A stretch of 64,000 nt of DNA from NCBI RefSeq assembly GCF_964204645.1, contig NC_134028.1, positions 19,413,653 to 19,477,652 of the forward strand, written 5' to 3'. The DNA is from Tubulanus polymorphus (Eukaryota; Animalia; Nemertea). Each line of letters begins with the position of its first letter. Positions within the stretch are counted from its first letter, which is position 1. A program made the translations under genes and the position numbers. Positions 21,695 through 30,902 of this stretch are shown piece after piece. Under the pieces are notes generated by a model. It searched no databases. It had not been told where the DNA came from and saw only the letters and a program-made list of their open reading frames with translations.

Positions 21695-24600
21695 TTAACA
21701 CGTTAGAATCCTTTTCATAATCTCATTTTCTTTTGTTTCTTCTCTTTTGAATTTTATATATTCATCTAAATTGCAACCATAGGCGACTGTGCGGATTCCA
21801 TCATCTAAAATATATCTTTTATCATCAAATGGGTTTAGACTTATCTTCTCTATTTCTTCAATATACATTTCATGATCTTCAGATCTTAAACATTTCATCT
21901 TATGTTTTCTAACTTCTTCATTAAATATACAATTGATGTAATCTTTGAAATGAATATTCTTTTCAACAACGCTTTTGGTAATTCCTTTTAACTTTTTAGC
22001 TTCATGTTCTTTAGTTTTATATGAATACATTTTAGATCTAATACCAATGAACTCTATCATTTCTTCACCACCTAATTCATCCTTAAACTTCCCAGGAACT
22101 TTTTTATTATCATTGCTAAACAATTCATGATTTTTAGGATAGTTACTGAAATCAAAATGATGTTTTAATGTTTTTAAATCATCAGTTATGTTATCAGTTT
22201 TTATCTTTAATATGTAAGAATCTGTATCAAAATATAAGATTTCTATGTGTTTTTCCCCAAAATGGGGTTGTAGTATATTATAGTAAAATTTATACATTAG
22301 GAATTTTGATAATTTTAAAACTGCAGCTCCAACATAAATCGGTTTGTTAAATTTCATACTTGTTCTTCTCATTTTAACTGCAGCTAAATGTTCATCAAAT
22401 ATTCTGTTACCTATAAACTTAGGATATGATTGTAAATGCCTTATCCTTTTACCATTACTAACTAACTCAATATCATTTCTATTTCTAATATTTTCACAAG
22501 TCTTACCATAGAACGCATTATTCATTAACTTGAAGAAGTCTTTTTCAAAATCAGTTTTAGATTTAGTTCTCTGTGTAGTATTAAAATCTATATATTTTTC
22601 TAACCATTTAGATTGACTGAATGAAATATATCTATGTACTTTTTTAAATATCATTCCTTGTCTCAAATAAAACTTCAACATTCTATAATGCACAACGTAA
22701 TTATATTTATCTTCTTGAGTTACCATTAACTTTTCAGTATGAATATGATTTTCGGGTTTAATTCTTTTTTGATAATTTGATAATTCTTCATGTTTAACAG
22801 TTTTATGTTCGGGACAATATGCTAGATTTCTAGATTTGAATTTAATATTTTCAGGGTATTCTAAATCTACAACGAAGAAGTAACCAGTATCTGAATCATC
22901 TGCAATATCTAGGATTCTTTTCTTCCAATCAAATTTATCAATTTGTAAAACTTCAGTTATTTCAAACATCCCATAAGGTTGTGGTTCCATTATTGCCCAA
23001 CCATAAAGATTATTTGCATCTATGTATAATAATTTATATCCAGGATTATCATTTACATTGAAATATCTATCACCCAATACACCTGAAACACCTCCTCTTA
23101 TAGATTTTTCAAATAATAGTAATTGATCTATATTTGTTAACAAATCCATTTTTATATCTGTAAATTTTAATCCACAATCCCATGTTAAACCTGGACTAGA
23201 ATAACAAAGACATGGATCAATGTTAAAATATTTTAGGTTTACATCTCTAAACCTTTCGAATATATCGGTTAATAATAATACATCTGATTTTAAATATAAA
23301 TCTACTAATTGCCCATGATTTTCTATTTTGAAATGATTCCAAATATTCAATGTTCTATTATAGACTTCATCTTTAACATATTCATTTTTTAATTCATCAT
23401 AAAATTGTTCTTTCAATAATTCAGTTATTTTAAAATCATTATGATTTTTATAGAAAGAATATGGAATTGCTCCTTTATATCTCATTAATTTAAAATCATC
23501 ATTATTTGGATAGTGTTGCTTTAATATTTTTAATTCATCATCAACTAATGATTTTGATAAGTTATCTAATGAACTACTTAAAAATCTATACGAATCTATA
23601 AATCTTAAACACCCAAATTGGAATGATATATAATTCTCAGATGTTTTAGCTAACATTCTAAATTTATAAGTTGGTATTTTATCTTTTGATCTATTTGAAT
23701 TTAATATTTCTGTTTCATTATTGATTTTTTCTATTTTATAACATAGCTGTTTGATAAATAAATGTGCATCATATCCTGATAGATTATGAAATATAACTGG
23801 TACAAAGTTAATTTTCTTAGCTTGTAAGTTACAATTCTCATGTGCAGCGCCTCTAAACTTTCCATTCAAATGATCATGGTCTCTTACTTTTTTATCTTTA
23901 TAATTAAATATCTTTTCACAATAATAACATTTATCTGCAAACGCAAATTCTTCTTTATCTTCTTCTGTCATTATAATTTCTATATTTTTATTTAACTTTT
24001 CATTAAATCTTATTTCATATTCAATTAATAAGTCACAAAAATGATTGATAACATTTTCATTTCTATAATGATAATATTCACTTTTAATTAGTTCTGGATA
24101 ATTAGATTTAATATATAACCCGAAAGCTGCAGCTGATTGATGAATCTTTTTAATTGTATTTGTTATTGGTGGTTCTTCTGAATAATCACTTTCATTAGAA
24201 TTTAATTTCTTTCTTTTATAATATATATCTTTTCTATCTTTATCTGTTAATTCTTTATTTAATGATTCAAAATCTCCATATATTACAAATGGTACTTTAT
24301 TTTTGTAATCATATTTTTTGAATTCTAATATTTTATCTTTTTCATTTGGTAAAACTAATTTACAATAATCATGATTATCACATAGTTGTTTATGATTTAA
24401 TAATGTACTTTCATTACTAAATTTATGTAAACATTTTCTACATAGATATATTTTATTATGGTGATCACTTTCTGTTCTAAAAAATAAATCTATTTGTTTA
24501 ATCCACATATAATGATTCTCATAATATAGTATATCTATAACATCATTTGAATCATAATCTTTTGATAGGTATAAAGGTTCTAATGTATAATGTTTTATGT

Positions 24601-25729
24601 TGTTACCTTTTGTATTTGGTAATTTGATTAAATCAAATACATTTATCTTTAAATTATTATCTCTTTCTATTTTTGGGATATTTTTAATTCTAACAGGATA
24701 CTTATCTATCTTATAATTACTTTCAAATGGTTTATAATGAGTTAATCTAAAACTATGTTGTTTATAATCTTCAACTGGGTGTAAACAACTTATAATTGTC
24801 CATAGAAAACATTTATTGTCAAAATTTTGTATATTTATTACACCATTAGTTTTAAATGGTAATTTAATATAACTTGTTCCATTTATACTATCATCTTTAT
24901 AATATGATAAATTATTTTCATCAATTGGTTTTGATTTAGTTAACTTATTATATTTTGTGTTATAAACATGTAAAGTTATAAATATTATCTCATCAAATAT
25001 TAAACCAGATCCTTCAAAATATTTCTCTTCTATTTTAGTTTTTATTTCATTATAACATTTATTTAATTTATCATCTATATGTTGTTTAGATATAATATGT
25101 TGTGAATGAGAATTTATATTATATATTGGTTTATCTTCAGATTTTATAAACTTTACTTTAACTGATATACTTATCTTAGGATATTCAACATCTGTAATTA
25201 TTTTTATTATTTCTTTCATATTTTCTAAATGTTTTTTATTTTCTTCTAATGTTTTTCCTTTATGAAATTTAAACTCGATAGCTGCTGGACCAATATCACT
25301 TTTAAATGCTTCGGTTATCTCTATATCTTTTTTATTATCTAATGAATTAATATAATTTCTTACATCTTCCATATATGGTCTTTTATTGTTTAATTTATTT
25401 TTTATTCTTTTAATTGTCTTCTGTTTCTTATCGTTATCATTATCAAAATAATCTTCACCTAAAATATCATTATTCTTATTTCTAATATGACTTATAGATT
25501 TTAAATGTTCTTTATAATATCTTTTATCACTGAATGATTGATTACATGTATCACATTTATATGTTTCCTTTTCATTCTTTAATTCTTCTAATTTAGTTTC
25601 TAATATATCATCTTTATATTCTAATTTCAATTTATTTTCTAAATGTGTTTTAGTTTTATTGTGTCTTGCTTTTTGAGACTTATCTATATCGATATTACAT
25701 GTTGGGCAGTAGTACTTATTTGCTTCCAT
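21695..25729 (-). CDS. polB: Protein-primed family B DNA polymerase with N-terminal C2H2 fingers and an endonuclease VII-like domain (1344 aa)
   Basis: Exo motifs YGDFES, FHNLSGYD, YLKSDV; pol motifs YIDANNLYG, KLMNNAFYGK, YFDTDS; CYYC...RDHDHLNGKFRGAAHENCN. Confidence 0.95.
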   Translation of the reverse strand: MEANKYYCPTCNIDIDKSQKARHNKTKTHLENKLKLEYKDDILETKLEELKNEKETYKCDTCNQSFSDKRYYKEHLKSISHIRNKNNDILGEDYFDNDNDKKQKTIKRIKNKLNNKRPYMEDVRNYINSLDNKKDIEITEAFKSDIGPAAIEFKFHKGKTLEENKKHLENMKEIIKIITDVEYPKISISVKVKFIKSEDKPIYNINSHSQHIISKQHIDDKLNKCYNEIKTKIEEKYFEGSGLIFDEIIFITLHVYNTKYNKLTKSKPIDENNLSYYKDDSINGTSYIKLPFKTNGVINIQNFDNKCFLWTIISCLHPVEDYKQHSFRLTHYKPFESNYKIDKYPVRIKNIPKIERDNNLKINVFDLIKLPNTKGNNIKHYTLEPLYLSKDYDSNDVIDILYYENHYMWIKQIDLFFRTESDHHNKIYLCRKCLHKFSNESTLLNHKQLCDNHDYCKLVLPNEKDKILEFKKYDYKNKVPFVIYGDFESLNKELTDKDRKDIYYKRKKLNSNESDYSEEPPITNTIKKIHQSAAAFGLYIKSNYPELIKSEYYHYRNENVINHFCDLLIEYEIRFNEKLNKNIEIIMTEEDKEEFAFADKCYYCEKIFNYKDKKVRDHDHLNGKFRGAAHENCNLQAKKINFVPVIFHNLSGYDAHLFIKQLCYKIEKINNETEILNSNRSKDKIPTYKFRMLAKTSENYISFQFGCLRFIDSYRFLSSSLDNLSKSLVDDELKILKQHYPNNDDFKLMRYKGAIPYSFYKNHNDFKITELLKEQFYDELKNEYVKDEVYNRTLNIWNHFKIENHGQLVDLYLKSDVLLLTDIFERFRDVNLKYFNIDPCLCYSSPGLTWDCGLKFTDIKMDLLTNIDQLLLFEKSIRGGVSGVLGDRYFNVNDNPGYKLLYIDANNLYGWAIMEPQPYGMFEITEVLQIDKFDWKKRILDIADDSDTGYFFVVDLEYPENIKFKSRNLAYCPEHKTVKHEELSNYQKRIKPENHIHTEKLMVTQEDKYNYVVHYRMLKFYLRQGMIFKKVHRYISFSQSKWLEKYIDFNTTQRTKSKTDFEKDFFKLMNNAFYGKTCENIRNRNDIELVSNGKRIRHLQSYPKFIGNRIFDEHLAAVKMRRTSMKFNKPIYVGAAVLKLSKFLMYKFYYNILQPHFGEKHIEILYFDTDSYILKIKTDNITDDLKTLKHHFDFSNYPKNHELFSNDNKKVPGKFKDELGGEEMIEFIGIRSKMYSYKTKEHEAKKLKGITKSVVEKNIHFKDYINCIFNEEVRKHKMKCLRSEDHEMYIEEIEKISLNPFDDKRYILDDGIRTVAYGCNLDEYIKFKREETKENEIMKRILTC

Positions 25730-25794
25730 TTTAATACTATATTTTTTATTAAAATTGATTTTAGAAGTTCAATGATTTAAATGAATATTTTAAG

Positions 25795-26190
25795 AGTAAT
25801 AGGGGTAATAGGCTTTCATATCAAAGGTTTAATGATCGAGTTCATTAATAACATATATTAAAAAACTATAATATATTTTCATAACCGCGTGCATTTCAGT
25901 TGAATAATAGAATAATTATTATCATTTGAATATATTTGATTATTTGAATTTGTGTATTGTAATTAAATCAATTGGTCGCGGAGCGGAGCGGTAGCGAAGT
26001 GGAGCGACCAATTGATTTAATACAATATGCTTTTTATATTATTGATATCTTAGAATAAATATTTAGTTTTGATATAAAATGCACGCGGTTATGAAAATAT
26101 ATTATAGTTTTTTAATTACTTTTAATATTTTGTTTTTTAATGGGCTCGACCGTTCGACCTTTGGTATGAAAGCCTATTACCCCTATTACT
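25795..26190. repeat. Right terminal hairpin of the Polinton (396-bp imperfect palindrome)
   Basis: Begins AGTAATAGGGGTAATAGGCTTTCATA, ends TATGAAAGCCTATTACCCCTATTACT; inner stem ATTAAATCAATTGGTCGC / GCGACCAATTGATTTAAT around a GGAGCGGAGCGGTAGCGAAGTGGA loop. Confidence 0.92.
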
Positions 26191-29100
26191 GACGTATAAC
26201 ATATGTAGAAGTATACGTCACGAGTAACATGAAATAAGATAAAAAAGGGAGGGTCAGCACAGTAAGGGGGAGAGAGATGCTAGAGTGGCGGAGAAGCCTA
26301 AAAATACGAGCTGTAGGAAGGATTAAGAATTGTGCGGGAAAATAAAGAAAGAACGTAGACCCACGAGAAGAGTTGTTATTATTCCGGAGTCAGAGGGATA
26401 TCACTTATCGGATTAATCGGAACCAACAACGACAACACGAGGGGAGAACGCAACGTGGCCCCCACAACAATTGGTTGAGAAACTCAACTCCACAACATTG
26501 TTGGAGAACCGAAAGCAACCCCACAACATTGGTGGAGAACAGTGGTGTATCCTGCACCTCTCGCTGCCAAGCGATCGTGTATATTTGGTGAGTGAACAGG
26601 GGTGAAGTAAAAGTGTAAGATGAACGTTACATTCCGTAACCGTTATAATTACATGAAATACGGACCGCTACCGCGGGTTAAGTTGAAATATTGCGGATAA
26701 CTCGATCTGTGTATAAAAATTATTCCCGTCTGGATTTAATAGCTGTTTGTTTGTCTTATTCGAGAAATATATAATCTTCATATCTTCAGATTCAGTTGAA
26801 ATGAATTATTGAGCTTCCAGTGCGGAAAGTAGTTGTTTCTTTCCATATTTAAATTAATTGAATTATCCGATTTGGTGTGGCGTTTTCGTAAGATCGTGTT
26901 TTGGATACTACGTTTTACATGGCAGCAAATTGGATTCACTACTCCGAATTTAGATTCGTGTGAATTAACGGACATACTGGCGTTCGGAAACGAAGCGATT
27001 CTGCGACCATAGCGCGATAAATGAAAAACAGTGGAGTATTAGAGGCAGTATACAAACGCATTTCATCATCGGACAGTTCATAGATCTGCTACGGGAAATC
27101 GACCTTGGAGACGTTCAACGGACTACGATTGCGGCTTATAGTAATTGTAACTAGTATGATATGTATTGCTGCATGTTTTGATTGCTTTTATAGAATAATG
27201 CTCAGCGTTTTTTGCTTGTGTGCTGGGTTATTGTATCTACGTAGATATAAATATGCACTACGTAAATCTTTTATACTTTGCTAAATTTGCTGGATGGTAT
27301 TTCCCGAAAGAATGATTTATTAGTCTAGGTAAGCCACTCGGTTATCAGTGTAACGATAGTTGAAAGCGCTCACTGCCTGTATATACCTAACAAATAACTG
27401 TGGTGTTTATGTGGTTTTAAGAAATATAATGAGTATCGCGAGTTAGTATAGAATATGTTTATTGTGCAAAGGTTAGATTGGGCGCTCAGTGGTAAATCTT
27501 ACCGGAGGGGGTTTGAATAGAGTAGTTTATATGAGATGAATTAAGGTGGACCAGGGACCTGGATGAAGAGTAAGGGATGCTCTAGGGATGGTCCGGAATA
27601 AAACGGGGGATTATAGCCCGATGGATTAATTCTGAAGATCCTTTGAAACAGTATAATGTTTAGTGGCTAGCCTCTGGGAAAGATTGGATATATATGTTGG
27701 ACATTATTAGGGTCGAATATCAAGAAATACCAAATGGGTGATTCGTCGGCCGGTTCCCTATTTATCCATTGATTTTATTTTACTCCGGTAAGGCGTGACA
27801 TGGGGGATGATACGGAAATGAGAAATGTCACGATACAGCTATTTGTTAGGTATGCTGAAATGGCCATTCAGGGGATTGGTTTTTTAGAAGTAAAGGGTTG
27901 CTCATTGCGTAATACAATAAGTATGATAAGTATTATTCGGTAGATTGGGTATCTTAACTGAATGGTCGTAGATTGCAGGGATGTGTGAGCGCTATGTTTT
28001 TTTTCCGAACTTTCAGTCCGTCTTGACCGGTTTATATACAGGATGAGGCGTCGGCCGTTTTACATGTGGGGTTATATCCCCTGATTTGCGGGAAGGAATT
28101 AGAACAATTCGAATATCAGATGTGGGTGGTTTGGAAGACCATAGGCCCAGGAGTTAAAGTTAATTTTTGAGAATCGGCTGTTTGAATGGCACTGAATGAG
28201 TAGTGTCCAGAGGAATTTTCCCTAACTTTTGGGTGATGCATCTTAATGAGTTTTGTGGTCACTTTATGACATCCTTCCATAAATATATGGCGGCCTGCCT
28301 GTCTATTTCAACGGTTCCAAGCCGCAAATAGCAGTTCATGTTATCCCTGCCTAGACTACGGATAAACGTGCTTTCTGAGGCAATGGGTGGGGACTAGCAG
28401 CTGACATCTCAATAATGCGAATGTACGCATGCGGTATATTCATTTTTGGTATGTTTTGGCTTACCTTTATGTTACGTACACATAGAAAAATTATTATGAA
28501 ATTGTTTGTGAATTCATTGTTGAGCATGTCTGTTGCCAACGTGTGCTGGGCACATAATAATCAACTAAATGATGTATCTGGCATCTGTATTAATTTACGT
28601 CGTTGATTGGGGTCGGGACAGGTTTGACAAATCATCTGATATCGGTTAAGGTAACGGCTGATAGTTTGGACAGTGGGAAATTGACATGTTTGCAATGGTA
28701 ATTTTAAAGACAAATTAGGCTGCACACACTGATTATTTTTTTTGGTAAAGATAACGAGAACGAGAAGAGTCAGAAAGTTGAAGTGGTTGGTCATATATTG
28801 TTAAATTATTAGACTACATAAATGTGGATATAGAGAAATGGGTGATTGTCTATGAAAGCTATTTGGGAAGTTGTGTTTGATATGTTTTTTTTTGCATGAC
28901 TACAATTGTATAGGCTTGTTCTCATTAAATGTAAGATCAATATACAGATGTACATGCCTCATAATTGTTATATATTACTGATGAAAAGAGTCTCATATTT
29001 GATATTTTTAGATGATTGCTTTCCCTTTGATAAAGTTCGTGTGTTAAGTTTATAAGTATTTAGAAATTTTTTTGGCTTACCGTAAAATTCTATGGGGTCC

Positions 29101-29459
29101 ATGTAGGTCTCGTTGATGAATAAGATGAACTGATGATGAGTGGGGTGTGTTGCTTAGTTTAGGTAGAAGTTATGCGGGATGGGATAATAGGGGAAAGGGT
29201 CAGAAATTGTGATTTATGGCTACTTTACAGGTGTTGTAAATTGATGTACGGAATGGTGGTTGTGTATCATTAGTCTTGATGTTCTGAAGGTTTTGTGTAA
29301 TTTTCATTACCCTGCGGCTGGCTTTAAGTTGTAAGAGATGTTGCTTATAAATGATGTTCTGAAGCCTGTACACTTTTGAAAAGATTTTTTTGGGGAAACT
29401 ACAATAGGGTCTTGTGAATTTTTGGCGATTGGGGACCAATCGTCTGGGGAGGAGGATAG

Positions 29460-30015
29460 TATTGGGGTGATAAATTAGTAGTTTGCATAGAGGGAGGGAA
29501 GCCAGAGTTCAGGGCAGTGGCTGAAGTTAGTAAACAACCTACGTAGATGCTTACGTCGCACACAAGACACTGAATAGAAGATAGGTGAAAGTGACGTGAG
29601 TATCTGCGTAGGGTTGCTGGTTATAGCGGCAGCCTTGAGCTCTGGTATGGCTAGGAAGTAAACAAGTAATAAACTCGTGACGTATAACATATGTAGAAGT
29701 ATACGTCACGAGTAACATGAAATAAGATAAAAAGGGAGGGTCAGCACAGTAAGGGGGAGAGAGATGCTAGAGTGGCGGAGAAGCCTAAAAATACGAGCTG
29801 TAGGAAGGATTAAGAATTGTGCGGGAAAATAAAGAAAGAACGTAGACCCACGAGAAGAGTTGTTATTATTCCGGAGTCAGAGGGATATCACTTATCGGAT
29901 TAATCGGAACCAACAACGACAACACGAGGGGAGAACGCAACGTGGCCGCCACAACAATTGGTTGAGAAACTCAACTCCACAACATTGTTGGAGAACCGAA
30001 AGCAACCCCACAACA
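29460..30015 (+). repeat. Intact 3' LTR of the non-autonomous LTR element
   Basis: Direct repeat of 8208-8432 joined to 26197-26528, about three differences. Confidence 0.95.
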
Positions 30016-30322
30016 TTCCCGTCTCGACCCTTCTAACCTGTCTCTAGTCTCTACACAGTCCCGTAGACACCATGTTCCCGTCTCGACCCTTCTAACCTGT
30101 CTCTACTCGGTACACAGTCCCGTGGACACTATGTTCCCGTCTCGACCCTTCAAATCTGTCTCTACTCTCTACACAGTCCCGTGGACCCTATGTTCCCGTC
30201 TCGACCCTTCACACCTGTCTCTACTCTCTACACAGTCCCGTGGACCCTATGTTCCCGTCTCGACCCTTCACACCTGTCTCTACTCTCTACACAGTCCTGT
30301 GGACACCATGTTCCCGTCTCGA
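30016..30322 (+). repeat. 59-bp tandem array, left arm part 2 (~5 units)
   Basis: Resumes in register with the unit interrupted at 8207. Confidence 0.95.
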
Positions 30323-30902
30323 CATTTTTAGTGGACACAGGTTTAGTGAAGCCATTAAGATGGTGGCTGTGTGTTACGTATCTTGTATCAAGATATTTCG
30401 ATATAAGTAATGATTTGTCATTCACGATTTGTCGGGCTACAACAGGCAGAAAAAAAAAGAAAATTAAGATGAGAATGAAAGCCTTTCGTATTGAAGACCA
30501 TGGGATTCAGCCAAGGAACATTGTAGCCTAGTTATACTTCTGATATACCTACCGAATTATCGATTATCAAAAATCTAGAATTTCGACTATTAGGACAATG
30601 TCGGTTGTAATCTTCTGGTTCTTTGAGTTCGTTCTAATGAGTTTTCATTGTAATGTGTATGGTACATATTCCTGAAAATTTCACTGAGTTTGATTGAAAA
30701 TTGTAGAAATTTTCCTTATGTATACATGTATCAATATTCAGTCCGTCGGCATCGATTTTGTAGATTTCTCATCTTTTTAATCAATGAATATTCGACCAAT
30801 TTTAATATTAATTTCCATCTTTTTTAAAGGCTCGTCCCACTGAGTGGAAATATTACAAGCCGATTAGATATGTCAGAGTATCCCAGAAACTGTCTAGAAA
30901 CG

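Larger units (their letters stand above)
8433..26190. mobile_element. Polinton/Maverick (adintovirus-like) endogenous DNA virus, 17,758 bp
   Basis: Termini AGTAATAGGG...CCCTATTACT; 6-bp TSD GACGTA (8427-8432, 26191-26196), single-copy in the sister LTR; pPolB, rve integrase, ATPase and capsid-like ORFs; intronless, dense and much more AT-rich than the flanks. Confidence 0.96.
8208..30015 (+). mobile_element. Non-autonomous LTR element (556-bp LTRs, 2.9-kb interior with no gag/pol ORF); 5' LTR split by the Polinton
   Basis: 5' LTR 8208-8432 + 26191-26528; intact 3' LTR 29460-30015; 4-bp TSD TTCC (8204-8207, 30016-30019); PBS-like TGGTGGAGAA at 26530; PPT GGGGAGGAGGA just before 29460. Confidence 0.92.

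Noticed and set aside
10340-25729. Bacterial or phage contaminant because of dense intronless AT-rich genes
   Set aside because: Precisely integrated with a 6-bp TSD in a eukaryotic LTR, Polinton-type gene set, and no Shine-Dalgarno pattern before starts.
25975-26010. GAGC repeats in the right hairpin loop as a parvovirus Rep-binding site
   Set aside because: No HUH/Rep or SF3 helicase gene in the element, and the spacing is not a GAGC tetramer array.
8208-30015. Duplicated blocks as assembly artefacts
   Set aside because: Each duplication is explained by LTR or TIR structure with matching TSDs and small sequence differences; long-read confirmation is still advisable.
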